Part shown: piece by piece, positions 38,116 through 48,938 of the stretch
Layout of the letters: every line of letters begins with the position of its first letter
How positions within the stretch are numbered: position 1 is the stretch's first letter
DNA from: Hydrogenophaga sp.
GTDB taxonomy: Bacteria; Pseudomonadota; Gammaproteobacteria; Burkholderiales; Burkholderiaceae_C
Length of the DNA: 64,000 nt
Assembly: GCA_016741995.1 (NCBI GenBank)
Contig: JACVCO010000018.1
Span: 22,562-86,561 of the forward strand
Reading direction: 5' to 3'
Notes under the pieces: model-generated
Told to the model about the DNA's origin: nothing
Databases searched by the model: none
Seen by the model: the letters and a program-made list of their open reading frames with translations, nothing else
Position numbers and translations under genes: made by a program

Positions 38116-38670
38116 ATGAGCAAAGTGGTTGTGGTTTATCACTCCGGCTACGGTCACACGCAGCGCATGGCGCAGTCGGTGGCCGACGGTGCCGGTGCCG
38201 AATTGGTTGCCATCGATGCCGATGGCAACCTGCCCGCCGGCGGCTGGGAGGCGTTGGACGCGGCGGACGCGATCATCTTCGGCAGCCCCACCTACATGGG
38301 CAGCGTGAGCTGGCAGTTCAAGAAATTCGCCGATGCCTCCAGCAAGGCCTGGTTCGCGCAGAAGTGGAAGGACAAGATCGCCGCCGGCTTCACCAACAGC
38401 GCCGGCATGAACGGCGACAAGCAGGCCACGCTCAACACCCTGTTCACCCTGGCCATGCAGCACGGCATGGTGTGGGTGAGCCAGGGCCTGATGCCCGCCA
38501 ACACCAAGGGCGCGCAGCGCAACGACGTGAACTACCTCGTGTCGTACAGCGGTGCCATCGCGCAAAGCCCGTCGGACGCGGGTGCCAACGACATGCTGCC
38601 GGGCGATCTGGAGACCGCGCGCCTGTTCGGCCAGCGCGTGGCGCAGGTGGCGCAGAAGTTCAAGGGCTGA
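38116..38670 (+). CDS. WrbA-like flavodoxin / NAD(P)H:quinone oxidoreductase
   Basis: VVYHSGYGHT, IIFGSPTYMG, W.DK.AAGF, QHGMVWV. Confidence 0.88.
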   Translation: MSKVVVVYHSGYGHTQRMAQSVADGAGAELVAIDADGNLPAGGWEALDAADAIIFGSPTYMGSVSWQFKKFADASSKAWFAQKWKDKIAAGFTNSAGMNGDKQATLNTLFTLAMQHGMVWVSQGLMPANTKGAQRNDVNYLVSYSGAIAQSPSDAGANDMLPGDLETARLFGQRVAQVAQKFKG

Positions 38671-38707
38671 GCGTTTTTCACCCATGGAGGCGTAGCATCT
38701 CGCCTCC

Positions 38708-39403
38708 ATGAAGATCCTCAGCATCCTTCCCTGGGCAGACTGGCTCGCGCTGGTCTGCTTTTTTGCGCTTTGGTCAGGCTATGCCTGGTTCGCCCGGAGC
38801 TGGGCGAAGCAGCGGCCTTCGCTGCTGCGCACCACCAACCGCTACCGGCGCTACTGGATGGAGCAGGCCATCGAGCGCGACCCGCGCATGCTCGACGGCC
38901 TGATCACCCAGAACCTGTCGACCACGCCGGCCTTCTTCTCCTCGACCTCGCTGCTGATCGTCGGTGCGCTGTTCGCGCTGCTGGGCACCACCGATAAGGC
39001 GACCGAGCTCATGAGCGAAATCCCGTTCGCGCAGGCCACCACGCTGCTGGTGTTCGAGTTCAAGATCCTGGTGCTGATCGCCATCTTCGTGTACTCGTTC
39101 TTCCGTTTCTCGTGGTCGATGCGGCAGTACACCTTCGTGGCGCTGGTCATCGGCTCCATGCCCTCGCCCGAGGCCTTTGCCGCCGGGCAGCACGACCGCG
39201 TGGCCTATGCCGACCGCGCGGCTGCGCTGGTGGCCTCGGCGGCCGAGACCATGAACGACGGCCTGCGGGCCTACTACTTCTCGTTCGCCTTGCTGGGCTG
39301 GTTCGTCTCGCCCATGGCCATGGTGCTGGCCACCATGGTGGTCGTGGCCATCCTCTACAGCCGGGAATTCCGCTCCGAGGTTTTACATATCCTGAAGGAC
39401 TGA
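38708..39403 (+). CDS. DUF599 family membrane protein
   Basis: W..Y.W, R..WM....RD.R..D, FFSST, FFRFSWSMRQ, N.GLRAYYF, REF.S. Confidence 0.82.
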   Translation: MKILSILPWADWLALVCFFALWSGYAWFARSWAKQRPSLLRTTNRYRRYWMEQAIERDPRMLDGLITQNLSTTPAFFSSTSLLIVGALFALLGTTDKATELMSEIPFAQATTLLVFEFKILVLIAIFVYSFFRFSWSMRQYTFVALVIGSMPSPEAFAAGQHDRVAYADRAAALVASAAETMNDGLRAYYFSFALLGWFVSPMAMVLATMVVVAILYSREFRSEVLHILKD

Positions 39404-39434
39404 CCCGGTCGATCCACTCTCTAAAATCGGCCGC

Positions 39435-42400
39435 ATGTTTGTTCACCTGCGCCTGCACACCGAGTTCTCCGTCGTCGACGGCACCAACCGCATCGACGAG
39501 GTCATCGCCCAAGCCGCTGGCGATGCCCAGCCCGCGCTGGCCATCACCGACCTCAACAACCTCTTCGGCGCCGTCAAGTTCTACAAGACCGCGCGCGACA
39601 AGGGCGTCAAACCCGTCATCGGCGCCGAGGTGCTGCTGCAGGGCTTCACCGAAGAAACGCCCAACGCCATGCCCGGCGCGCACCAGCAACCGCTGCCGCG
39701 CGTGATGCTGCTGGTGCAGGACAAACAGGGCTACCTGAACCTGTGCGAGTTGCTGGCGCGCGGCTGGACGCGCAACGTGGTGCGCGACCAGGCCGTCATC
39801 AAGCGCGAGTGGCTGGAAGAACTCAACGCCGGGCTCATCCTGCTGGCGGGGGCGCAGGCCGGCCCCGTGGGGCAGGCACTCATGGCCGGCGACGCCCAGC
39901 GCGCGGGTGACGTGGCGCTGGCGCTGGCCTCGATCTTTCCGCACCGCTTCTACCTGGAGCTGCAGCGCGCCGGCCGCGCCGACGACGAGCGCCACGTGGT
40001 GGCCGCGGTCCAGCTGGCCGCGCGGCTGCACCTGCCGGTGGTGGCCACGCACCCGGTGCAGTTCCTGGGGCCCGACGATTACGAGGCGCACGAGGCGCGC
40101 GTGTGCATCGCCGAGGGCGAGATCCTGGGCAACAACCGGCGTGTGCGCCGCTTCACGCGCGAGCAGTGGTTCAAGCCCGCGGCCGATATGGCCGCGCTGT
40201 TCGCCGATGTGCCGTCGGCGGTGGCCAACACCGCCGAGATCGCCCGCCGCTGCAACCTCACGCTGGTGCTGGGCAAGCCGCAACTGCCCGATTTCCCCAC
40301 GCCGCTGGTGAACGGCGTGCCCATGCCGATGGCGGACTTCTTCCGCCAGTCGTCTTTCGAGGGGTTGGAAGATCGCCTGCTGCACCTGTACCCCGATGCC
40401 GCCGAGCGCGACAGGCAGCGCCCGCGCTACGTGGAGCGGCTCGAGTTCGAGATCGGGACCATCCTCAAGATGGGCTTCCCCGGCTACTTCCTGATCGTGG
40501 GCGACTTCATCAACTGGGCCAAGAGCAACGGCTGCCCGGTGGGCCCGGGCCGCGGTTCGGGCGCCGGTTCGCTGGTGGCCTACGCACTCAAGATCACCGA
40601 CCTCGACCCGCTGCAATACAACCTGCTGTTCGAGCGCTTCCTGAATCCGGAGCGGGTGTCCATGCCCGACTTCGACATCGACTTCTGCCAGGGCAACCGC
40701 GATCGCGTGATCGAGTACGTGAAGCAGAAGTACGGCAAGGACGCGGTGAGCCAGATCGCGACCTTCGGCACCATGGCCGCGCGCGCGGCCATCCGCGACG
40801 TGGGGCGCGTGCTCGACCTCTCCTATGGCTTCTGCGACGGCATTTCCAAGCTGGTGCCCAACAAGCCCGGCATGAGCGTGACGCTGCAGTACCCGCCCGT
40901 GCCCAAGAAAGAAGGCGACAAGAACAACTACGCGCTCGAGATGGAGCCGCTGCTCAACGAGCGCGTGCAGAAGGAAGAAGACGTCAAGAACCTGATCGAG
41001 CTGGCGCAGAAGCTCGAGGGCATGGCGCGCAACGTGGGCATGCACGCCGGTGGCGTGCTGATCGCGCCCGGCAAGCTCACCGATTTCTGCCCGCTGTACG
41101 CGCAGCCCGGCAGCGAATCGGCGGTGAGCCAGTACGACAAGGACGACGTCGAGGCCATCGGCCTGGTGAAGTTCGACTTCCTGGGCCTGGCCACGCTCAC
41201 CATCCTGGAGATCGCGCGCGAGTTCATCCAGAAGCGACACAAGGGCCGCGAGGACTTCGCGTTCGAGAACGTGCCGCTCGACGACCCGAAGGTCTACGCC
41301 TTGTTCGCGCGCGGCCAGACGGAAGCGGTGTTCCAGTTTGAAAGCCGCGGCATGCAGGGCATGCTGCGCGACGCCAAGCCCACGCGCCTGGAAGACCTGA
41401 TCGCGCTCAACGCGCTGTATCGCCCGGGCCCGATGGACCTGATCCCCAGCTTCGTGGCCCGCAAGCACGGCCGCGAGCCGGTGGAGTACCCGCACCCGGC
41501 CGTGGCCGACATGCTCAGCGAGACCTACGGGATCATGGTCTACCAGGAGCAGGTGATGCAGACCGCGCAGATCCTGGGCGGCTACTCGCTGGGCGGCGCC
41601 GACCTGCTGCGCCGCGCCATGGGCAAGAAGAAGGCCGAGGAGATGGCCGAGCACCGGGAGAAATTCCGCGCCGGTGCGCTGGCCACCCACAACATCCCGC
41701 AGGACAAGGCCGACGAGATCTTCGACCTGATGGAGAAGTTCGCGGGCTACGGCTTCAACAAGTCGCACGCGGCCGCGTACTCGCTGCTGGCCTACCACAC
41801 GGGCTGGCTCAAGGTGCACTACACGGCGGAGTTCTACTGCGCCAACATGACCGTGGAGATGGACGACACCGACAAGCTCAAGGTGTTGTTCGAGGACGCG
41901 CAGAAGATGGACATGGCGTTCGAGCCGCCCGACGTGAACCGCGGCGGCTACCGCTTCGAGCCCGTCACCGACAAGCTCATCCGCTATGGCCTGGGCGCCG
42001 TCAAGGGCACCGGCCAGCAGGCCATCGAAGCCGTGGTGGCCGCGCGCGAAGGCCGCGGCGAAGGCCCGAACGGGCAGGAGAGCGGCCCGTTCCGCAGCCT
42101 GTTCGATTTCTGCCTGCGCGTGGACCGCACCCGCATCAACAAGCGCACGGTGGAGGCCCTGATCAAGGCCGGGGCGTTCGACGCGCTGCATCTCAACCGC
42201 GCCGAGCTGCTGGCCTCGCTCGACATCGCCTTCGAGTACGCGGCCACCACGCAGGCCAACGCGCACCAGGGCGGGCTGTTCGACATGCTGGGTGGTGATG
42301 ACCACGGATCGAGCACGCAGGAACCCGACCTGGTGCCCGCCATGCCCTGGGGCGTGAAGGAAAAGCTCACGCACGAGAAGAGCGCCATCGGCTTCTACTT

Positions 42401-43004
42401 CTCGGGTCACCTGTTCGATGAAGTGGAGCGCGAGGTGCGGCGCTTTGCGCGCACGCGGCTCGGCGATGTGGTGGACAGCCGCGACCCGATCATCATCGCG
42501 GGCATCGTGACGGACTTCCGCGTCATCAATGGCCAGCGCGGCAAGCTCGCGCTGTTCAAGATCGACGACAAGACCGGCGTGATGGAGACCAGCGCCGACG
42601 AGAACCTGATCAACGCGCACCGCCACCTGCTCAAGGACGACGAGCTCATCGTTGTGCAGGCGGTGGCCCAACCCGACCGCTTCTCCGGCGGCCTGCGCCT
42701 GAAGATCCAGCAGATCTGGGACCTGGGCACCGCGCGCTGCCGCTTCGGCAAGTTCCTGCGTGTGGCGGTCAACGGCCACGCGCCGGCCATTGCGCAACTG
42801 GTGCGCGAATTCCCGCCGAAGCGCGAGCAGACCGAGCAGGGCGAGCTGGTGCGTGGCCTGCCCGTGCGCCTGTCATTGCAGCGCCAGGGCGCGCAGTGCG
42901 AACTGCAGCTCGACGACCGTGCGCTGTTCTTCCCGAGCGACGCGGCGCTGGCGAGCTGGATGGCGCAAGCCCACGAGCAGCGCGCGGAGATCGTGTTCGA
43001 TTGA
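39435..43004 (+). CDS. dnaE: DNA polymerase III alpha subunit
   Basis: FVHLRLHTEFS, GPGRGSGAGS, FERFLNPERVSMPDFDIDF, HAGG, KFDFLGL, YGFNKSH; no intein seen. Confidence 0.98.
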   Translation: MFVHLRLHTEFSVVDGTNRIDEVIAQAAGDAQPALAITDLNNLFGAVKFYKTARDKGVKPVIGAEVLLQGFTEETPNAMPGAHQQPLPRVMLLVQDKQGYLNLCELLARGWTRNVVRDQAVIKREWLEELNAGLILLAGAQAGPVGQALMAGDAQRAGDVALALASIFPHRFYLELQRAGRADDERHVVAAVQLAARLHLPVVATHPVQFLGPDDYEAHEARVCIAEGEILGNNRRVRRFTREQWFKPAADMAALFADVPSAVANTAEIARRCNLTLVLGKPQLPDFPTPLVNGVPMPMADFFRQSSFEGLEDRLLHLYPDAAERDRQRPRYVERLEFEIGTILKMGFPGYFLIVGDFINWAKSNGCPVGPGRGSGAGSLVAYALKITDLDPLQYNLLFERFLNPERVSMPDFDIDFCQGNRDRVIEYVKQKYGKDAVSQIATFGTMAARAAIRDVGRVLDLSYGFCDGISKLVPNKPGMSVTLQYPPVPKKEGDKNNYALEMEPLLNERVQKEEDVKNLIELAQKLEGMARNVGMHAGGVLIAPGKLTDFCPLYAQPGSESAVSQYDKDDVEAIGLVKFDFLGLATLTILEIAREFIQKRHKGREDFAFENVPLDDPKVYALFARGQTEAVFQFESRGMQGMLRDAKPTRLEDLIALNALYRPGPMDLIPSFVARKHGREPVEYPHPAVADMLSETYGIMVYQEQVMQTAQILGGYSLGGADLLRRAMGKKKAEEMAEHREKFRAGALATHNIPQDKADEIFDLMEKFAGYGFNKSHAAAYSLLAYHTGWLKVHYTAEFYCANMTVEMDDTDKLKVLFEDAQKMDMAFEPPDVNRGGYRFEPVTDKLIRYGLGAVKGTGQQAIEAVVAAREGRGEGPNGQESGPFRSLFDFCLRVDRTRINKRTVEALIKAGAFDALHLNRAELLASLDIAFEYAATTQANAHQGGLFDMLGGDDHGSSTQEPDLVPAMPWGVKEKLTHEKSAIGFYFSGHLFDEVEREVRRFARTRLGDVVDSRDPIIIAGIVTDFRVINGQRGKLALFKIDDKTGVMETSADENLINAHRHLLKDDELIVVQAVAQPDRFSGGLRLKIQQIWDLGTARCRFGKFLRVAVNGHAPAIAQLVREFPPKREQTEQGELVRGLPVRLSLQRQGAQCELQLDDRALFFPSDAALASWMAQAHEQRAEIVFD

Positions 43005-43045
43005 TCGCAGCGAGCGCCGCCGCACCGGTGTGCAGTGCGCCGCCT

Positions 43046-43981
43046 TCAGTCCAGTGGCCTGAACCCCACGATCATGGGTGAGTAGACGCGGCCATCGACG
43101 TCACGCGGCAGGCTGCCGGTGCGCTCGATGGCGCGAAGGACGGCGTTGTCCCATGCGGCGTTGCCGCTGCTCTTGACGAGTCGACTTGCGGTGATGGTGC
43201 CATCGGGTGCCACCCGCACTTCCACTTCAGCGCGTGGGTTGCCGGGCACGGTTTCGGTGAAGACGATGTTGGGCCGGATGCGTGCGGACACCTTGCCCTG
43301 GTAACTGCTGGACGGCCCGCTGGATTGCGCGGCCGTGCCGGTGCTCGTCGAGGCACCGCTGCCACCGCCCGCCTGGCTCATCATGCGTTCCATCTGCTCC
43401 TTGCGCAGTTGCTCCTGCATCTCCGCCTGGCGCTTCTCCTGGGCGGCCTTCTGCTGTGCCAGCTTCTTCTCTTCCGCCAGACGCTGCTGGCGATCGCGCT
43501 CGGCCTGGGCCTTCTTCTCGGCGGCGGCCTTTTCTGCCGCGGCCTTCTTCTCGGCCGCTTCACGCTCGCGCTGCTCGGCCTGCCGGCGTTGCTGCTGCTC
43601 GCGTTCGCGTTCCCGCGCGCGCGCCTCGGCTTCCGCCTTGGCCTTGGCTTGTTGCGTGGCGATGTCGGGTTGGGCGGGTGCCGGGGCTGGGGCCGGCGGA
43701 GGCGGTGGTGGCGCGGGCTGCGGGGCAGGCGCTGGCGCCGGCGGGGGCGCCGGTGCGGGGGGTGGTGGCGGTGGCTGCACCGCGCGCGGCGCCGCCTGTT
43801 GGGGCAGGCGCGACCAGATCTCGGCTTCGAAGGCCGGCGTCTCGGCGTCACGGCGCCAGTTCACGCCCCAGGTGAGCGCGAGGATGAGCAGGGCATGCAC
43901 GCCCGCGGCCTTGCCGAGCGCGCTGCCCCAGCGGCCTTGTTGCGGCGGGGCAAGTTCGAGGTGGTCGGCCGTGGATCGCAT
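43046..43981 (-). CDS. tolA: TolA cell envelope integrity protein
   Basis: N-terminal TM with VH motif, Pro-rich linker, A/E/K/Q-rich helix, TonB_C-like end (SSGN.AWD.AV.RAI); follows tolQR. Confidence 0.88.
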   Translation of the reverse strand: MRSTADHLELAPPQQGRWGSALGKAAGVHALLILALTWGVNWRRDAETPAFEAEIWSRLPQQAAPRAVQPPPPPPAPAPPPAPAPAPQPAPPPPPPAPAPAPAQPDIATQQAKAKAEAEARAREREREQQQRRQAEQREREAAEKKAAAEKAAAEKKAQAERDRQQRLAEEKKLAQQKAAQEKRQAEMQEQLRKEQMERMMSQAGGGSGASTSTGTAAQSSGPSSSYQGKVSARIRPNIVFTETVPGNPRAEVEVRVAPDGTITASRLVKSSGNAAWDNAVLRAIERTGSLPRDVDGRVYSPMIVGFRPLD

Positions 43982-43994
43982 GCGGGTCGAGGCC

Positions 43995-44444
43995 TCAGCG
44001 GGTGGTCTGCACCGACAGGCCCACGCGCTGCACGCCGGCCTTCTGCAGGGTGTCCATCACGCGCACCACCGATTCGTACTTCACCGTCTTGTCGGCGCTG
44101 ATGATCACGGGCACGGTGGCCGGGTCGCTGCCTTCGGCGCTCTGCAGCTCGCGCACGCGCGCGGCCACGAGGTTGAGGGGCACCGGCACGCCCTCGGCGC
44201 TGGCGGCGCGGCCTTCGGTCACGCGCATCTGTTCGTCCTTGTCGAGCAGCACCTGCACGAAGCGGTCGGGCTGGCGCGCGGCCTGGCCGACGGTGGGCAG
44301 GGCGATCTGGCTGGGTGTGATCAACGGTGCCGTCACCATGAAGATGATCAGCAGCACCAGCATCACGTCGATGAACGGGACCATGTTGATCTCGTTCATG
44401 GTGCGGCGGCCGCGGCCTCGGCCGCGGGCGGCTAGATTGGCCAT
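43995..44444 (-). CDS. tolR: TolR / ExbD family protein
   Basis: EINMVPFIDVMLVLLIIFMVTAP, ADK.V.Y..V..VM..L..AG. Confidence 0.92.
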   Translation of the reverse strand: MANLAARGRGRGRRTMNEINMVPFIDVMLVLLIIFMVTAPLITPSQIALPTVGQAARQPDRFVQVLLDKDEQMRVTEGRAASAEGVPVPLNLVAARVRELQSAEGSDPATVPVIISADKTVKYESVVRVMDTLQKAGVQRVGLSVQTTR

Positions 44445-44454
44445 GGGCGGTGCC

Positions 44455-45165
44455 TTAGAAGGTGGAGGCGCTGGCCGCGGCAGGAGCCGGGTGCACCCCG
44501 AGGTTGCGTTGCAGGATGTTGGAGAACTCTTCCATGAAGGTCTCCAGGCCGTTGGCCACGCGGTCGATGTCGTGCGCGAAGCGGTTGTAGGCGACGACCG
44601 CGGGAATGGCGGCGAACAGGCCGATGGCGGTGGCCACCAGGGCTTCGGCGATGCCGGGCGCCACCGTGGCCAGCGTGACCTGCGCCAGCGAGGCCAGGCC
44701 GGTGAAGGCGTGCATGATGCCCCACACCGTGCCGAACAGGCCCACGTACGGCGCCACCGAACCCACCGTGCCGAGGAAGGAGAGGTTGGACTCCATCACG
44801 TCGAGCTCGCGCTGGAAGCTCGCGCGCATGGCGCGGCGCGCGCCGTCGAGCAGGGCGCCGCTGTCGGTGATGCGGCGCTCGCGCAGCTTGTGGTACTCGC
44901 GCATGCCGCTGGCAAAGATGCGTTCCATGGGGCCGGCCTGGCGCGCGTTCTGCGCGGCGGCGGCGTAGAGCTCGTTCAGGTTGGTGCCCGACCAGAATTC
45001 GCGCTCGAACTCGTCGTTCTTGCCCTTGACGCGCTTGAGCGTGCCCAACTTGCGGAAGATGGCCGCCCAGCTCAGCAGGGACATGAGCACGAGCAGCAGC
45101 ACCACGGCCTGGACCACCCAGCTCGCGTTGAGCATGAGCTGGACGATGGAAAGTTCGTGTGTCAT
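44455..45165 (-). CDS. tolQ: TolQ
   Basis: FEREFWSG, PYVGLFGTVWGIM, VAPGIAEALVATAIGLFAAIPAV.AYN. Confidence 0.95.
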   Translation of the reverse strand: MTHELSIVQLMLNASWVVQAVVLLLVLMSLLSWAAIFRKLGTLKRVKGKNDEFEREFWSGTNLNELYAAAAQNARQAGPMERIFASGMREYHKLRERRITDSGALLDGARRAMRASFQRELDVMESNLSFLGTVGSVAPYVGLFGTVWGIMHAFTGLASLAQVTLATVAPGIAEALVATAIGLFAAIPAVVAYNRFAHDIDRVANGLETFMEEFSNILQRNLGVHPAPAAASASTF

Positions 45166-45214
45166 GGGGTGAGGGATCGCAAAGTGGGCAAAAGGTTTCG
45201 GGCACGCGCCGGTG

Positions 45215-45627
<413 letters not shown>

Positions 45628-45631
<4 letters not shown>

Positions 45632-46839
45632 AGGCTGGCCTCCAGCCGGGCGACCGCCTCCTGGAGTTGCTCCAGGGAGCTCGCGGTGGAAAAGCGCAGG
45701 TAGCGGCCGGGTTCGGCGTGCGCGAAATCGCGCCCGGGCGTGGCCGCGATCTGGCTGCGCTTGAGCAGTTCGAAGGCGAAACGCCAGCTCTGCGCGTCTT
45801 CGGCGCGCTCGCCACCGGGTGCGATGCCCCAGCGCGCGGCGGCCGCGGTGATGTCGGCCCAGGCGTAGAAGGCGCCGTCGGGGACCACGGGCACGGTCAG
45901 GCCGAGGCGGTTGAGCTCGGGGATGAAGAAGTCGCGCCGGGCCTGGAACGCGGCGCGGCGGCGCTCGTATTCGTGCAGGCTGTCGGGCTCGAAGCAGGCC
46001 AGCGCCGCGTGCTGGGCGATGGTGCTCGGGCAGATGAAGAGGTTCTGCGCCAGCCGCTCCACCGCAGGCACCAGCGCCGGCGGCAGCACCAGCCAGCCCA
46101 GGCGCCAGCCCGTCATGTTGAAGTACTTGCTGAAGCTGTTGACGCTGATCACCGATTCGCCCAGGCCATCGGGCAGCGAGAGCGCGCTCTGGCCGAACGC
46201 GGTGTCGTAACTCAGGCCGAGGTAGATCTCGTCGATGAGGGTGATGCCGTCGCGTGCGCGCACCTCGGTGGCGATGCGCTGGAGCTCGTCGCGCGCGATG
46301 GACGTGCCGGTGGGGTTGGAAGGCGAGGCCAGCAGCACGCCGCGCGTGCGTTCGCCCCAGTGCGCGCGCACCTGCGCGGCGCTGAGCTGGAAGCGCTGTT
46401 CGGGGCCGCAGGGCACCATCACCGCACGCCCTTCGGCCGCCTGCACGAACTGGCGGTTGCAGGGGTAGCTCGGGTCGGGCATGAGGATTTCGTCGCCCGC
46501 GTCGATGAGCGCCAGGCAGGCCAGTTGCAGTGCGGCCGACGCACCCGCCGTGACCACGATGCGCGCCGGATCGACCGCCAGGCCCCAGCGCGTGTGGTAC
46601 CAGCCGGCAATGGCCTCGCGCAGCGCCAGCAGGCCGAGTGCGTTGGTGTACTGGCTGCGGCCATCGCGGATGGCTCGCTCGGCGGCCTGCTGTACCAGCG
46701 GTGGCGCGGTGAAGTCGGGTTCGCCGATGTTGAGCGCGATCATGGGGCGCGTTGCCGTGGCGGCCTCGCGCGCGGCGGCCTTGGCCACCTCCATCACGTA
46801 GAAGGGATCGACGCGCTGCGCGCGCGCAGCGAGTTTCAT
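45628..46839 (-). CDS. Class I/II PLP-dependent aminotransferase
   Basis: [32 protein letters not shown]. Confidence 0.92.
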
Positions 46840-47318
46840 CGGCGCGCGCCGCGGGGCGACGCCGCGACCTCGGTCGGACGCAACTGCTCGGCCAGGGGAT
46901 GCAGCACGCCGTTGACGAACTTGTGGCCGTCGGTGCCACCGAAGGACTTGGCCAGCTCGATGCATTCGTTGAGCACCACGCGCCAGGGCACGTCGGGGCA
47001 GTGCTGGAACTCGTGGGCGCCGATCCAGAGCACGCCGTGCTCGATGGGCGAGAGCTCGGCGATGGGCCGGTCCAGCCGGGGAGCAATCAACGCGTCGAGT
47101 TCGGCGGCCTGCGCCACGCAGCCACGCACCAGGGCGTCGAAGTGCAGGCTGTCGCATTTGTGGAAACCCGAGAGGTCGCGCGTGAAGGCGTCGATGTCGT
47201 CCACCGGGTTGCGACCCACGAGGTGCTGGTAGAGCGCCTGCAGCGCGAATTCGCGCGCGCGGGTGCGGGCCGTTTTGTCGGCGGCCTTGCGGTGGGAAGC
47301 GGAATCTTCGGTTGCCAT
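46836..47318 (-). CDS. nusB: Transcription antitermination factor NusB
   Basis: [40 protein letters not shown]. Confidence 0.96.
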   Translation of the reverse strand: MATEDSASHRKAADKTARTRAREFALQALYQHLVGRNPVDDIDAFTRDLSGFHKCDSLHFDALVRGCVAQAAELDALIAPRLDRPIAELSPIEHGVLWIGAHEFQHCPDVPWRVVLNECIELAKSFGGTDGHKFVNGVLHPLAEQLRPTEVAASPRGARR

Positions 47319-47320
47319 GC

Positions 47321-47785
47321 TCAGCCGATCTGCTCCAGCACCAGGGCCATTTCCACGGCCACGCGCGCGGCGTCGCGGCCCTTGTCGGTCTGGCGTGCCA
47401 GGGCCTGTGCTTCGTTCTCGGTGGTGAGGATGGCGTTGGCCACGGGGACCTGGTGGTCGAGCGCCACGCGCGTGACGCCCGCGCCCGACTCGTTGGCCAC
47501 GAGTTCGAAATGGTAGGTCTCGCCGCGGATGATGCAGCCCAGGGCGATCAGCGCGTCGTACTCCTCGCGCTCGGCCATGGCCTGCAGCGCCACAGGCACC
47601 TCGAGTGCGCCGGGCACCTTGACGTGGGCGATGTTCTTTTCCTGCACGCCCAGGGCCAGAAGTTCCGCCTGGCAGGCCTGGAAGAGGGCGTCGGTGATGG
47701 CCTCGTTGAAGCGGGCCTGCACGATGCCGATGTGCAGGCGCTTGCCGTCGAGCGCGCCTGCCGTGCCTTTGTCTGCACCAAACAT
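47321..47785 (-). CDS. ribH: 6,7-dimethyl-8-ribityllumazine synthase
   Basis: [25 protein letters not shown]. Confidence 0.96.
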   Translation of the reverse strand: MFGADKGTAGALDGKRLHIGIVQARFNEAITDALFQACQAELLALGVQEKNIAHVKVPGALEVPVALQAMAEREEYDALIALGCIIRGETYHFELVANESGAGVTRVALDHQVPVANAILTTENEAQALARQTDKGRDAARVAVEMALVLEQIG

Positions 47786-47807
47786 GGGTGTTCCGTTTCC
47801 TTGGGGT

Positions 47808-48938
47808 TCAGTTCTGGCGGCTGGTGAAGCCGACGATTTCGAGGCCGTAGCCCTGCATGCTCGGCATGCGGCGCGGGTTGCCCAGCAGCTCCATGCGCGC
47901 CACCCCGCACTCACGCAGGATCTGCGCGCCCACGCCGTAGGTGCGGAGATCCATGCGGCCGCGCTCGGGCGCCTGCGCGGAGCGGGCGGTGCCTTCGAAC
48001 TGCGCCAGCAACTGGGCGGCCGATTCGCCGCAGTTGAGCAGCACGGCCACGCCGCGCCCGCGCTCGTTGATGAAGCGCAGGCTCTGTTCCAGGCTCCAGC
48101 TGTGCATGGCCCGCCCGACCTCGAGTGCGTCGAGCACCGACAGCGGCTCGTGCACGCGCACGGGCACCACGTCGTCGCTGTTCCACTGCCCCTTGACGAG
48201 CGCCAGGTGCAGCGCGCCGCTGGGTTGATCACTGAACGCGTGCGCGGTGAATTCGCCGAAGGCGGTGTTGAGGGCGCGCGCACCGATCTTCTGCACCAGG
48301 CATTCGGTGCGGCTGCGGTACTCGATGAGATCGGCGATGGTGCCGATCTTCACGCCGTGCTCGGCCGCGAAGATCTGAAGATCGGGCAGGCGGGCCATGG
48401 TGCCGTCGTCCTTCATCACCTCGCAGATCACCGCGGCGGGCGAGCAGCCGGCCATGGCGGCCAGGTCGCAGCCGGCTTCGGTGTGGCCGGCGCGCATGAG
48501 CACGCCGCCCTCGACGGCCTGCAACGGGAAGATGTGGCCGGGCTGCACCAGATCGCTGGCCTTGGCGTTGGGTGCCACGGCGGCCTGCACGGTGCGCGCG
48601 CGGTCGGCGGCGGAAATCCCGGTGGTCACGCCCTCGGCCGCTTCGATGGACGCGGTGAAGGCCGTGCCCATCTTGGTGCCGTTGCGCGGCACCATGGGCG
48701 GCAGGTTCAGGCGCTCGCAGCGCTCTTTGGTGAGCGTGAGGCAGATCAGGCCGCGGCCGTAGCGCGCCATGAAGTTGATCGCCTCGGGCGTGACGTGGTC
48801 GGCCGCGAGCACGAGGTCGCCCTCGTTCTCGCGGTCCTCCTCGTCCACGAGGATGACCATGCGGCCGGCGCGCAGGTCGGCCACGATGGCCTCCACCGGC
48901 GAGATGGCCACAGGGGCCAGGGATTCGGGTGCGTTCAT
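47808..48938 (-). CDS. ribB: DHBP synthase fused to a degenerate GTP cyclohydrolase II-like domain (RibBX type)
   Basis: [25 protein letters not shown]. The C-terminal domain has [11 protein letters not shown] instead of RVHSEC and lacks the Zn cysteines. Confidence 0.9.
   Translation of the reverse strand: MNAPESLAPVAISPVEAIVADLRAGRMVILVDEEDRENEGDLVLAADHVTPEAINFMARYGRGLICLTLTKERCERLNLPPMVPRNGTKMGTAFTASIEAAEGVTTGISAADRARTVQAAVAPNAKASDLVQPGHIFPLQAVEGGVLMRAGHTEAGCDLAAMAGCSPAAVICEVMKDDGTMARLPDLQIFAAEHGVKIGTIADLIEYRSRTECLVQKIGARALNTAFGEFTAHAFSDQPSGALHLALVKGQWNSDDVVPVRVHEPLSVLDALEVGRAMHSWSLEQSLRFINERGRGVAVLLNCGESAAQLLAQFEGTARSAQAPERGRMDLRTYGVGAQILRECGVARMELLGNPRRMPSMQGYGLEIVGFTSRQN

Noticed and set aside
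43500-43780. Tandem low-complexity repeats
   Set aside because: They encode the normal Pro-rich and AAEKK helical linker of TolA; not CRISPR or VNTR-type elements.
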